From Myxococcota bacterium (lineage in GTDB: Bacteria; Myxococcota_A; SURF-8): a DNA stretch of 64,000 bases. The position numbers and the translations under genes are program-made. Shown one piece after another: positions 9,361-18,199 of the stretch. The notes below the pieces were generated by a model. It saw only the letters and a program-made list of their open reading frames with translations. It was not told the origin of the DNA and made no database searches. The stretch is from the NCBI GenBank assembly GCA_965140415.1, contig OZ223209.1, positions 4,032,001-4,096,000 on the forward strand, written 5' to 3'. How positions within the stretch are numbered: the stretch's first letter is position 1; every line of letters starts with the position of its first letter.

Positions 9361-10815
9361 TTAAGGGATATATTTCAAGGTGCGCGGTTTGATACAGTCT
9401 TCCTTGCCATCATAGGCAAAGGAAACACGGTTCATTTTCTCTTTGACTTCGAAGCGGTAGTTGTGCAGGAAAATCAACACGCCGGGATGAACTTCCCCAA
9501 TAACGTCCACATGGGCATTCTCACAAGCTTCCATATCGTGAGTTTCCAACCATTCCTCGATTTCTGTAATCATCTGGCGGAATTTCTTGGCTCTGGTCAA
9601 TAGCTTGGCCATTTCCTGCTTCATGCTGGGAGTCAAGTTGGCGCCCTTCTGTTGGGCTTCCAATAACGGTTTGGTCTGCTTGACGAGTTCAATCAACTCT
9701 AGTTTCAAGCGTTTACTTTCGCTTTCCAGAATATCCAGGCTCAATTGAACTTTGTTGCTGAATCCGGCGTAAATCAGCGTGCGTACGCCGCTGGAGGCCC
9801 CCAGGGTACGCGCCACCAATCCATATGAGGCGTAGGTCGCACCGCCCACAATCGGTCCCTGTTTGCACCACAGGCGACCATGACAGTTGGCGATGGCGTG
9901 GAACAATCCCTTGTCGATCTCGCAATCCTGCTCGCAGAAAATTTCCGTCTGATTGACGTATTTCGCTTTTATTTTGTCAACGGCTTCCACTTTAGCGTTT
10001 TCACCGATCAGACCTTCTTTGCAAATCACACGCTTTTTCGCTTTAAGATTGGCACCTTCCGTACTGCCTTGAACCAGGATATCTCCCCCGGCAGTGACAT
10101 CGAAATTCAGAATCACATTCTGCCCGATTTCAATCGATCCGATGAAGTCCAGGCTGTCGCCGGATAGATCGGCCAGGCTGTTGATTCGCAGTGTATCGAT
10201 AACACTCAAGGTCTTGTTGTGAATGGCAAGATAGCCAGCCGTGGTCGAATAGATCTCGCCGTTTTCCTTTTCCACTACCCCTTCGCCGAGTTTGTAAAAA
10301 ACGCCATCGCGAGTACGTTCAATCAACTCCCCGAAAATATCATATATTCGTAATTGGTTTTGGAAGTCATCAGGTGGGAGGCGAACGGCGACGAGTGTTT
10401 CCTTTTCAATATTGAGAATCGGTAACTTCGCTTTTTTCTTCGAACCGTGTTCCTCTTCTTCATACAACTCCTGACGAAATGTCCAAATCGCATCGTCATA
10501 TTGCTTGAACAGAACATCGTAAAGAGGAATCGTATTTTCAAAAGTGTCTATGATTTTTATTGGTTTTTGCTTATCGATTGTCTGGCGGATCAGGTCTTCA
10601 TCTTCCAGCAGTTCCCATTTCACCGCTCCTTTAATGCCGACTTCCTCAAAGAAGGGTTCAATGGCTTCACGAGTAACCGGTTGCTCAAGCAGCAGATAAC
10701 CCTTGATGGCTTCTTCATCGGTGAGCAACTGCGCACCCAGCTCCGCTGCGAGCATGTCGAATTTCTTAATGGAAACCAGACCGTATTTACTTTCTTCTGC
10801 CATGATGTTTGCCAA
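9361..10815 (-). CDS. FapA/DUF342 family protein
   Basis: Beta-helix-like GSIEIGQNV...AGGDILVQG, IVGGATYA, coiled coil, VHPGVLI C-terminus. Confidence 0.75.
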   Translation of the reverse strand: MANIMAEESKYGLVSIKKFDMLAAELGAQLLTDEEAIKGYLLLEQPVTREAIEPFFEEVGIKGAVKWELLEDEDLIRQTIDKQKPIKIIDTFENTIPLYDVLFKQYDDAIWTFRQELYEEEEHGSKKKAKLPILNIEKETLVAVRLPPDDFQNQLRIYDIFGELIERTRDGVFYKLGEGVVEKENGEIYSTTAGYLAIHNKTLSVIDTLRINSLADLSGDSLDFIGSIEIGQNVILNFDVTAGGDILVQGSTEGANLKAKKRVICKEGLIGENAKVEAVDKIKAKYVNQTEIFCEQDCEIDKGLFHAIANCHGRLWCKQGPIVGGATYASYGLVARTLGASSGVRTLIYAGFSNKVQLSLDILESESKRLKLELIELVKQTKPLLEAQQKGANLTPSMKQEMAKLLTRAKKFRQMITEIEEWLETHDMEACENAHVDVIGEVHPGVLIFLHNYRFEVKEKMNRVSFAYDGKEDCIKPRTLKYIP

Positions 10816-11046
10816 CCTGGTTATTGTACAATAAACTCATAATAGCACTAGAAATTCATAATAATTTTATAATATATTACTAAAATTGTCAAATATTACA
10901 TATCAATTTCGTAAATATCTACAGATCTGTTTCTGTCAGGAAACACTGGCACTGGCAAAGCGGAGCCAGAAGCCAATCTGTCAATTGGGAACTGACTGCA
11001 ATGGATAGAGAAGGATTCTGTAAAAACAGGAATGCAGCAGGAACGA

Positions 11047-11769
11047 CTACTCGTCGCGAAAACGCATTTTCAACACACCGAGCATGGCTTCGACAAAGAT
11101 TTTCTTGCTCATTTTGGATTGTCCGCGTACCCGGTCGGGAAAGACAATCGGTTTTTCAATCAGTTTTAGCCCGGCGTTATAGCAGCGATACTTGATTTCG
11201 ATCTGAAAACCGTAGCCGGAGGTTTCCAGGTTTTCCAATCCGATCGTCGCCAGGGCTTCCCTGCGGAACCCGTTGAAACCACCGGTTAAATCCTGAATGG
11301 GCGCTCCAAGTATCGTGCGGGCATAGAAACTGCCACCCCAGGAGAGGAAACGCCGGAAAGCCGACCAGTTCTCCACGCCACCACCACTCACGCGCCGCGA
11401 TCCGATGACGACGTCATATTCTTTCAAGGCTTCGACAAACTCAGGTAAATACTTGGGATTATGCGAGAAATCGGCGTCGAACTCGAAAATGTAACGGTAG
11501 TCGCGCGCCAAGGCCCATTCGAATCCGGCCAGATAAGCGCGTCCCAGTCCCTCCTTGGCGGTGCGATGCAACACCTTTACCCGCTGATCCTTTTCTGCAA
11601 GTGCATCGGCAAGTTGTCCGGTGCCGTCCGGGGAATTGTCATCGATGATCAGGATGTTTGCCAGAGCAACCTGCTCCAACACGGCTGGAACGATTTTTTC
11701 AATATTTTCTTTCTCGTTATAGGTCGGGATGCAAATCAGCGCGCCCGCCCCATTCTGCGCATTACTCAT
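11047..11769 (-). CDS. polyprenol monophosphomannose synthase (GT2)
   Basis: IPTYNEKEN, DDNSPDGTG, DADFSH, DLTGGF, GQSKMS. Confidence 0.88.
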   Translation of the reverse strand: MSNAQNGAGALICIPTYNEKENIEKIVPAVLEQVALANILIIDDNSPDGTGQLADALAEKDQRVKVLHRTAKEGLGRAYLAGFEWALARDYRYIFEFDADFSHNPKYLPEFVEALKEYDVVIGSRRVSGGGVENWSAFRRFLSWGGSFYARTILGAPIQDLTGGFNGFRREALATIGLENLETSGYGFQIEIKYRCYNAGLKLIEKPIVFPDRVRGQSKMSKKIFVEAMLGVLKMRFRDE

Positions 11770-12346
11770 GGCTTGCTTCCTCGGTTCGCTTTGTTTTCCA
11801 AGTCCAATGATAGTTTATCAAAAAGTTCCAGAAGGTGGCAACACCAATACCGATCAACTGGGAGCCGTATTTTAAAAGCCCTACATCGGGTGGCTGCAAG
11901 ATCGGATGAACGATCCATTTCTGCCAGAATCCCACTGCATTTCCGTGATATTGCATCTGACCGAAATCGTTGAAGATCAGGAAGAACCACAGCAGGTTCA
12001 GGCTAACGAAGACCGTCCACTGTCCCAGCGCGCCGATCAATGAGACCAGGTGAAAGCGAGCCCCGCGCGACAGCGTCGAAGAAGTTCCCTCGCGCCGATC
12101 CTTGAAGGTCCACCATTCATTGATGATGAAATTGCTGATAATGGAAATCTCGATCGCCAGTGCGCTGGCGAAATTGGTTTGAAGCTTCATCAAATCGGCA
12201 AACAGCGCCAGAAAGCCGAGATTGACCACCACACCGGAAAGTCCTACCGTACAGAACTTCAAGAAACGGGTCGAATAAAACGGGCGCAGATTTTTGATCA
12301 AACGGGCGACCACGCACGGTCCTTTCAAGTATGGATCACGAATCAT
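11762..12346 (-). CDS. GtrA family membrane protein
   Basis: FLKFCTVGLSGVVVN...NFIINEWWTF...WNFLINYHWTW. Confidence 0.85.
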   Translation of the reverse strand: MIRDPYLKGPCVVARLIKNLRPFYSTRFLKFCTVGLSGVVVNLGFLALFADLMKLQTNFASALAIEISIISNFIINEWWTFKDRREGTSSTLSRGARFHLVSLIGALGQWTVFVSLNLLWFFLIFNDFGQMQYHGNAVGFWQKWIVHPILQPPDVGLLKYGSQLIGIGVATFWNFLINYHWTWKTKRTEEASHE

Positions 12347-12406
12347 CTACACGAAAGAACGCCCACAGTACGAACCATGGAACGGATTGTCAAGATTTTC
12401 GGCGCA

Positions 12407-13273
12407 TTATTGGAGCACGGCTCCAATGTATCGATCCGGATTCACCGCTTTGCCCCGCTCGGTAATCTTGAAGTGCAGATGGGGTCCCGTGGCGCGACCG
12501 CTAGCCCCCATCAGGCCGATAGGCTGCCCGCGTTCGACGTATACGCCGCGCACCGTGAGAATTTCCTTTAAGTGGCAGTAAAAGCTTTTATAACCGTTTT
12601 CATGCACCAATACAACCAGTCGCCCTGCACGGCCTTTGTAGCCGGTGTAGATCACCCGTCCTCTCTCGGCGGCGTAGATCAACGTCCCGCTGGGACCGGC
12701 CAGATCGATTCCGTCGTGGAAAGACGGCATCCGGGTGAACGGGTCCAGCCGTCGCCCGAAAGGCGAGGTAATGGCAACATCGCTGACCGGCCAGATGAAC
12801 TGGAAAGGCCGTATCGTCGGCTTGTGTTCCTCGTCGTAAACGGGCACCTCGACGATCGAAACGACTTTAGGCTCCTGTACCTCCACAATGGCTTTATCGA
12901 TGCGATGGGTCAAGCGCCGCAGGTCGTATTCCAGATCCTTGGGAAAGGAACGATACAGGTGAAAGGCATCGGCGATCAGCGTATTCAAGCGCCGCTTCAA
13001 GCCGAAGAGTTGAGTAAGTGTGATGCCGCCCCAATCCAGTTCGTGGTCCAGGCGCTGCTCGATGCTCAACGTCATCGACACCCAGTGAGAGGCTTCCACG
13101 GCGCTCATCTCGCGCAGCAAGGCGTAATCCTGCCCCACGTCCACAACTTCTTCCATGATTTCAACGGTCTCTTCGTCGCTGTCCGGTTTGACGGAATGCG
13201 GCGCACAGCCGCCTTGTCCAAGCGACACAACCAGCGCACCCAAAACTGCCAACCACATCCATCGAACTGTCAT
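12407..13273 (-). CDS. M23 family peptidase (lipoprotein-like)
   Basis: ITSPFG, HDGIDL, YCHL, TGPHLHF. Confidence 0.88.
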   Translation of the reverse strand: MTVRWMWLAVLGALVVSLGQGGCAPHSVKPDSDEETVEIMEEVVDVGQDYALLREMSAVEASHWVSMTLSIEQRLDHELDWGGITLTQLFGLKRRLNTLIADAFHLYRSFPKDLEYDLRRLTHRIDKAIVEVQEPKVVSIVEVPVYDEEHKPTIRPFQFIWPVSDVAITSPFGRRLDPFTRMPSFHDGIDLAGPSGTLIYAAERGRVIYTGYKGRAGRLVVLVHENGYKSFYCHLKEILTVRGVYVERGQPIGLMGASGRATGPHLHFKITERGKAVNPDRYIGAVLQ

Positions 13274-13282
13274 GCGCGTAGT

Positions 13283-14530
13283 CTAACTTGAGAAATTGAT
13301 TTCCGCAATGCGTCGACGCGATTCGCTGAAAGCCTGGCTGGTTTCCCGCAATCGGGTAGACATGACCTGAACGAAACTCAGCAGAATTTTTACGGAAAGG
13401 TGAGCTTCCTGGTGAAGCAGATTGTAAAAGTCGTTGCGCTCGATCACGAGCAGGTCGCAGTCTTTTGCGGCGCGTACGGTGGCGGAACGCACGGAATTAT
13501 CGATCAGCGCCATTTCTCCGAAGTGCTTGCCCCGATCCAGGGTGGTCAGCAAAATGTTGTCCTTGATGACATCAGCCGAACCGCGCACGAGGATATACAT
13601 ACGGTCACCGGCTTCCTTTTCGCGGATGATGATGTCGCCTTTTTTGCGGTGTTCGATCTGAACGATGTTCAGGGTTTTGACCAGTTCGGAATAGTTCAGC
13701 CGTTCGAATAAGGGAATCTGACGCAAGGCTTCCAGTTTGCGATTGACCTGGATGTCGCCCTCCGAAAGCGGCAGATCCGGCACTTCCACCGTAACGGCGG
13801 TGATGTTGTCCTTGCCTCCGCGACTGTTGGCCAACTCGACCAGGCGGCGGGTGATATCCTGAAGACTCTGCTGGTCAAACATCGATTGGATCTCCTCATC
13901 GGGCAAATATTCGTACAGGCCATCCGAACAGAGCAGGAAACGGTCGGCGGGGGCGACTTCCACATGCATCGTATCCACCGACACGCTTTGCAATAGCCCC
14001 ACTCCGCGCGTGATCACGTGCTTGTATGGAAACGCCTTGATCTCTTCCGGGGTCAATAGACCCTTTTTGATCTGATCCTGCACCAGGGTGTGGTCTTCGG
14101 TGACGTGATGCAGTTGACCGTCGCGAATCAGGTAGATGCGGCTGTCGCCGACGTGCGCGATAAACGCGGATTTGTCGATCAATAACAGCAGGCTCAGCGT
14201 GGTTCCCATGCCCTGCTTGCCCGCTTCCGTTTCGCCCAGCTCATGGATCTTCTGGCTGGCTTTCTGCACGGCCTCTTCCAGCATCCACAGAATCTGGCGA
14301 CGCAGATCGGTCGTCGGACCGTGGCGGTAGGTTTCCAACAGTTTTTGGCGACGATACACCTCGGCGGAAACGACGTCCGTGGCCATGCGGCTGGCGACCT
14401 CACCGGCCTGATGTCCGCCCATGCCGTCGGCCACGACGAACAGGCCCAGCCTCTGGTTGTCTAGAAAGCTGTCTTCGTTGTGCGGGCGTACCTGACCGAC
14501 TTCGCTGAGTCCGTACGATTGTAATTTCAT
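13283..14530 (-). CDS. PP2C Ser/Thr phosphatase fused to a cNMP-binding domain
   Basis: NEDS, VADGMGG, GMGTT, HVGDSR, CSDGL, DNIT; C-terminal FGEMALI...RSATV. Confidence 0.9.
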   Translation of the reverse strand: MKLQSYGLSEVGQVRPHNEDSFLDNQRLGLFVVADGMGGHQAGEVASRMATDVVSAEVYRRQKLLETYRHGPTTDLRRQILWMLEEAVQKASQKIHELGETEAGKQGMGTTLSLLLLIDKSAFIAHVGDSRIYLIRDGQLHHVTEDHTLVQDQIKKGLLTPEEIKAFPYKHVITRGVGLLQSVSVDTMHVEVAPADRFLLCSDGLYEYLPDEEIQSMFDQQSLQDITRRLVELANSRGGKDNITAVTVEVPDLPLSEGDIQVNRKLEALRQIPLFERLNYSELVKTLNIVQIEHRKKGDIIIREKEAGDRMYILVRGSADVIKDNILLTTLDRGKHFGEMALIDNSVRSATVRAAKDCDLLVIERNDFYNLLHQEAHLSVKILLSFVQVMSTRLRETSQAFSESRRRIAEINFSS

Positions 14531-14636
14531 CCTGTAACCTTCGACTTTTAAAGTTACACTAAATATAGTATAATTAGTATATCACTATAAGGAAAAAGAA
14601 ACAAGAGTTTTGATGGCGGGAAATTCGGGGAAAACC

Positions 14637-14663
14637 GTAGGTCGGATTAAATTTTAATCCGAC
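14637..14663 (+). repeat. REP palindrome (GTAG family), left of RAYT
   Basis: GTAG-GTCGGATTAA-ATT-TTAATCCGAC. Confidence 0.9.
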
Positions 14664-14706
14664 ATTTCCATTGTATTTCCTCCGGCATTTGACGTAGTAT
14701 TAATAC

Positions 14707-15213
14707 ATGAAATCATTGAAGCGCTATTTTGTTAAGGGAGGGTTGTATTTTTTTACGGTCGTGTCACATAATCGCCAACCGAATTTTTGCGACACGACTT
14801 TTCGTGCTGCCCTGCGCTCATCAATCGAGCGTGTTCGAGTGCAGCATCCTTTCAATATTATAGCTTGGGTGCTGCTGCCAGATCACCTTCACTGTATCTG
14901 GACGCTTCCGCAGGACGATGCCAAGTATTCCATAAGATGGAGTTTGATAAAGAGGAGTGTTTCTTTTCAATTAAGAGATTCCGATTGGTTTCGAACAAGT
15001 GGACGATTGTGGCAAAATCGGTTTTGGGAGCACAGTATCCGTAATGAAGTGGATCTAGAAAAGCATTTCGATTACGTTCATTTCAATCCGGTTAAACATG
15101 GTCTGGCCGAAAAGCCATCCGATTGGGAATGGTCAACATATCATCGGTATGCGAAAATCGGGTATTACACGGATATCAAAGGACCGAAAGATGTGGATGT
15201 GGGGCGCGAATAA
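14707..15213 (+). CDS. REP-associated tyrosine transposase (RAYT, Y1 HUH)
   Basis: YFFTV, LPDHLH, LWQNRFWEH, YVHFNPVKHG; flanked by inverted REPs; AT-richer than neighbours. Confidence 0.93.
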   Translation: MKSLKRYFVKGGLYFFTVVSHNRQPNFCDTTFRAALRSSIERVRVQHPFNIIAWVLLPDHLHCIWTLPQDDAKYSIRWSLIKRSVSFQLRDSDWFRTSGRLWQNRFWEHSIRNEVDLEKHFDYVHFNPVKHGLAEKPSDWEWSTYHRYAKIGYYTDIKGPKDVDVGRE

Positions 15214-15220
15214 AGAAATT

Positions 15221-15247
15221 GTCGGATTAAAATTTAATCCGACCTAC
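15221..15247 (-). repeat. REP palindrome, right of RAYT
   Basis: Reverse complement of the left REP. Confidence 0.9.
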
Positions 15248-15340
15248 AAAGCTAAGATATTTGTTCTACCACCCCCCCCATAACCAAAACGACCCGATCT
15301 GTATAGACCGGGCCGCTGTGTTTGGATTCTTTTAAAAAGA

Positions 15341-16045
15341 TCAGAGCTGGCCGCGCTCGATGTACGCCCGGATGCGATTGCCGCCGCCCCGGCGTGCTTC
15401 TTCCATGGCGCTTTCCGCTTTGCGCACCATGCGGTCTACGTTGTCCGGTTCGTCCAGCGAGGCGACCCCGATAGACAGGCCCAGCTCGCCGCCGTAGTTG
15501 TTGAAAAAGCTTTCGCGAATACGCTCGCTGATGATGCGCCCCTGCATGCGATCCGTTTCCGGCAGGATTAACGCAAATTCATCGTTTCCGAAACGGAAGG
15601 CGGTGTCGTATTTACGGGTGGCCGAGCGGATCAGGTCGCCCAGGTAACGCAGTACGCGGTCGCCTTCGCGCAGGCCGTGATTCTGGTTGTAACGATGGAA
15701 GTAGTCGATATCCAGGTACAGAATCGAAAGGTTGTGCGAACGGCGCTTGGAGCGGTCGATTTCGGCTTCCAGCGTACGGAAAAAGTGCTGGGAGTTGAAC
15801 AGCAGGGAGAGCGAGTCGGTAATGGTCGCCTTGATGATTTCCTGTTTGTGCACCTTGCGGACCATTTTCCAGAACTGCAACAGCAGGGTGAAAAACAGCA
15901 CGATCAGTATGTACTCGATCCAGTTGCCGGTATTGACACTCAGCGTTTTGAAATCGATGTTGCTTAATACAAACAGCACGGCGAATACCGCCATCAATAA
16001 CAACAGCGTCCGGGTCAGTTTCTGTTGAGAGGTTTTTTCTCCCAT
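15341..16045 (-). CDS. membrane GGDEF-domain protein (GNDEF variant)
   Basis: Two TM segments, DIDYFHRYN, RKYD I-site, RFGNDEF, SIGVA. Confidence 0.85.
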   Translation of the reverse strand: MGEKTSQQKLTRTLLLLMAVFAVLFVLSNIDFKTLSVNTGNWIEYILIVLFFTLLLQFWKMVRKVHKQEIIKATITDSLSLLFNSQHFFRTLEAEIDRSKRRSHNLSILYLDIDYFHRYNQNHGLREGDRVLRYLGDLIRSATRKYDTAFRFGNDEFALILPETDRMQGRIISERIRESFFNNYGGELGLSIGVASLDEPDNVDRMVRKAESAMEEARRGGGNRIRAYIERGQL

Positions 16046-16067
16046 GCCTGTCTCCTTGCGTCTGTTT

Positions 16068-16994
16068 CTATCGCGTCGGAATCTCGAAATCGCTCCATTG
16101 CGTCTGTTCACCGAAGGCCCGAATGCGCTGTGACAATTGCTCTGCGGTCAGACCGGTGAGCCGGTCCACGGAAAAATCCTCGACCGTAAAGGAAGCCATC
16201 ACCGTGCCGGTGACGATCGCCTGCTTGATCTGCTCCCAGCCGATGGTTTCACAGCCGGAGAGATAGCCCATCATGCCTCCCGCGAAGCTGTCGCCCGCGC
16301 CGGTCGGATCGGAAACGTTCTGCACCGGGAAAGCGGGCAGCAGGAAGCTTTTGCCCTCGGCAAACAGCGCGCAGCCGAATTCGCCGCGCTTGACGATCAG
16401 ATATTTCGGCCCCATGGCCAGAATTTCGGGCGCAGCCTGGTGAATGTTGCGCTTGCCGGTCAGCAAAAAGGATTCTTCGTCGTTGATGACCAACAGGTCC
16501 ACCCGTTTCATCACCGCATCCAGATCCTCGCGGGCGGTGTTGATCCACAGGTTCATCGTATCGCAGGCCACGAAGCGCGTGTTTTCCATCTGGTCCAGCA
16601 CGTCGGTCTGTAATGCCGGCATGATATTGGCCAGAAACAGATCCGTGGTTTTGCGGTACTGCTCGTTCAACTGCGGCTGGAATTTCTCGAACACGTTCAA
16701 GTGGGTTTCCAGCGTCGTGCGCTCCACGAAATCGTCGGAATACACACCCGACCAGCGGAAGGTCTCCCCGCCTGCCACGCGCTGCAAACCGGTGGTGTCC
16801 GCGCCGTGTCGATTCAACAGGTCGATATGTTCCTGTTTGAAGTCCTCACCGACGACCGCCACGATGCGCACGCCCGACATCAACGAGGCTGCCAGGCTGA
16901 AATAGGTGGCCGAGCCGCCCAGAATGTCCACGCGGGATTCCGCAGCGGTTTTGATGGAATCGTAAGCAACCGATCCAACTACCAATACACTCAT
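16068..16994 (-). CDS. PfkB family kinase (adenosine/sugar kinase-like)
   Basis: GSVAYD, LGGSA, DTMNLWI, DPTGAGDSFAGG. Confidence 0.88.
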   Translation of the reverse strand: MSVLVVGSVAYDSIKTAAESRVDILGGSATYFSLAASLMSGVRIVAVVGEDFKQEHIDLLNRHGADTTGLQRVAGGETFRWSGVYSDDFVERTTLETHLNVFEKFQPQLNEQYRKTTDLFLANIMPALQTDVLDQMENTRFVACDTMNLWINTAREDLDAVMKRVDLLVINDEESFLLTGKRNIHQAAPEILAMGPKYLIVKRGEFGCALFAEGKSFLLPAFPVQNVSDPTGAGDSFAGGMMGYLSGCETIGWEQIKQAIVTGTVMASFTVEDFSVDRLTGLTAEQLSQRIRAFGEQTQWSDFEIPTR

Positions 16995-16997
16995 AGC

Positions 16998-17870
16998 TTA
17001 TCCCTTCCACAAGCGCCCGGCGATCACATCCAGGCGGTTCTTTTCCTCTTCGGAAACAAGGCTCATATCCGTGAGCACGGCGCCACTTAACGCCTGCGAA
17101 CAGGCACAGTTGCGCGTTTGTTCCATATCAATATTCTTAACGGCCAATTTCAGAATTTCTTGAGCGATTTTAACATTTTGAGCAAAAGTCGCCACAATTT
17201 TCTCCGCAGAAAAGGCTTCTTCGGACTCGTGCCAGCAATCGTAATCCGTAATCATGGCGATGGTCGCATAGCAGATTTCCGCTTCGCGAGCGAGCTTGGC
17301 CTCGGTCAGATTCGTCATGCCGATGACGTCCGCCTGCCAGTTGCGGTAAATGTGCGATTCGGCTTTCGTGGAAAGCTGCGGTCCTTCGATGCACACATAA
17401 CTTCCGCCTTTGTGAGCCTGTGCACCGGCCTGCACGGCGGCGTCGTAAAGAATGTCTGCCAGCTCACCGCAGATCGGCTCGGCAAAGAGGATGTGCCCCA
17501 CGATGGAGCCGTCGAAAAAGGTGTGCTTACGCTGCCGGGTGCGGTCGATAAACTGATCCACCACCACGATATGTCCCGGATGATACTGTTCTTTCAAGCT
17601 TCCCACCGCCGAAACGGAAAGAATCTGCTCGACGCCCAGTTGCTTCATGCCGTGGATATTGGCGCGATAGTTGACGTGCGGCGCGCTGATCACGTGCCCG
17701 CGACCGTGACGCGGTAAAAACACCACGGATTTGCCGAACATCTCACCCAGTACGTATTCGTCGGACGGATCGCCGAACGGGGTTTGCAGACGCCGCGTTT
17801 CCTGCGCCTGAAAGCCTTCCATCTGATATAATCCGCTGCCTCCGATTATTCCAATGCGGCCCTTGGCCAT
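16998..17870 (-). CDS. mtnP: S-methyl-5'-thioadenosine phosphorylase
   Basis: GIIGGSGLY, TPFGDPSD, RHGRGH, IEGPQ, GMTN..EAKLARE, TDYDCWH. Confidence 0.92.
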   Translation of the reverse strand: MAKGRIGIIGGSGLYQMEGFQAQETRRLQTPFGDPSDEYVLGEMFGKSVVFLPRHGRGHVISAPHVNYRANIHGMKQLGVEQILSVSAVGSLKEQYHPGHIVVVDQFIDRTRQRKHTFFDGSIVGHILFAEPICGELADILYDAAVQAGAQAHKGGSYVCIEGPQLSTKAESHIYRNWQADVIGMTNLTEAKLAREAEICYATIAMITDYDCWHESEEAFSAEKIVATFAQNVKIAQEILKLAVKNIDMEQTRNCACSQALSGAVLTDMSLVSEEEKNRLDVIAGRLWKG

Positions 17871-18199
17871 AAGCACCTCCAAAGCTTGTACATGAATGGA
17901 ACGAACTTGTCGCTGCTAGACTAGGTATTAATCATTTTTAGCCACAGATCCTGTGATTTTGTGCCATCGTCTTACGCGATCGAAGATCGTGGAAGGCTGT
18001 GTGTCTTCAATAAGTTACACACGGCCTCCCGGAATTTCCATTCCGTGAGACCATGGCACATCATGATTACTCGATGGACAGAAATGAGTAATAACTCCTC
18101 TAGAATGTCAACTGCTGTAATTTACCGCAGTTTACCAATCCATCCAAGAAATTTCACGGACGCCATACGCTCGCATCCGATCTCATGTTTTTCACTGAT

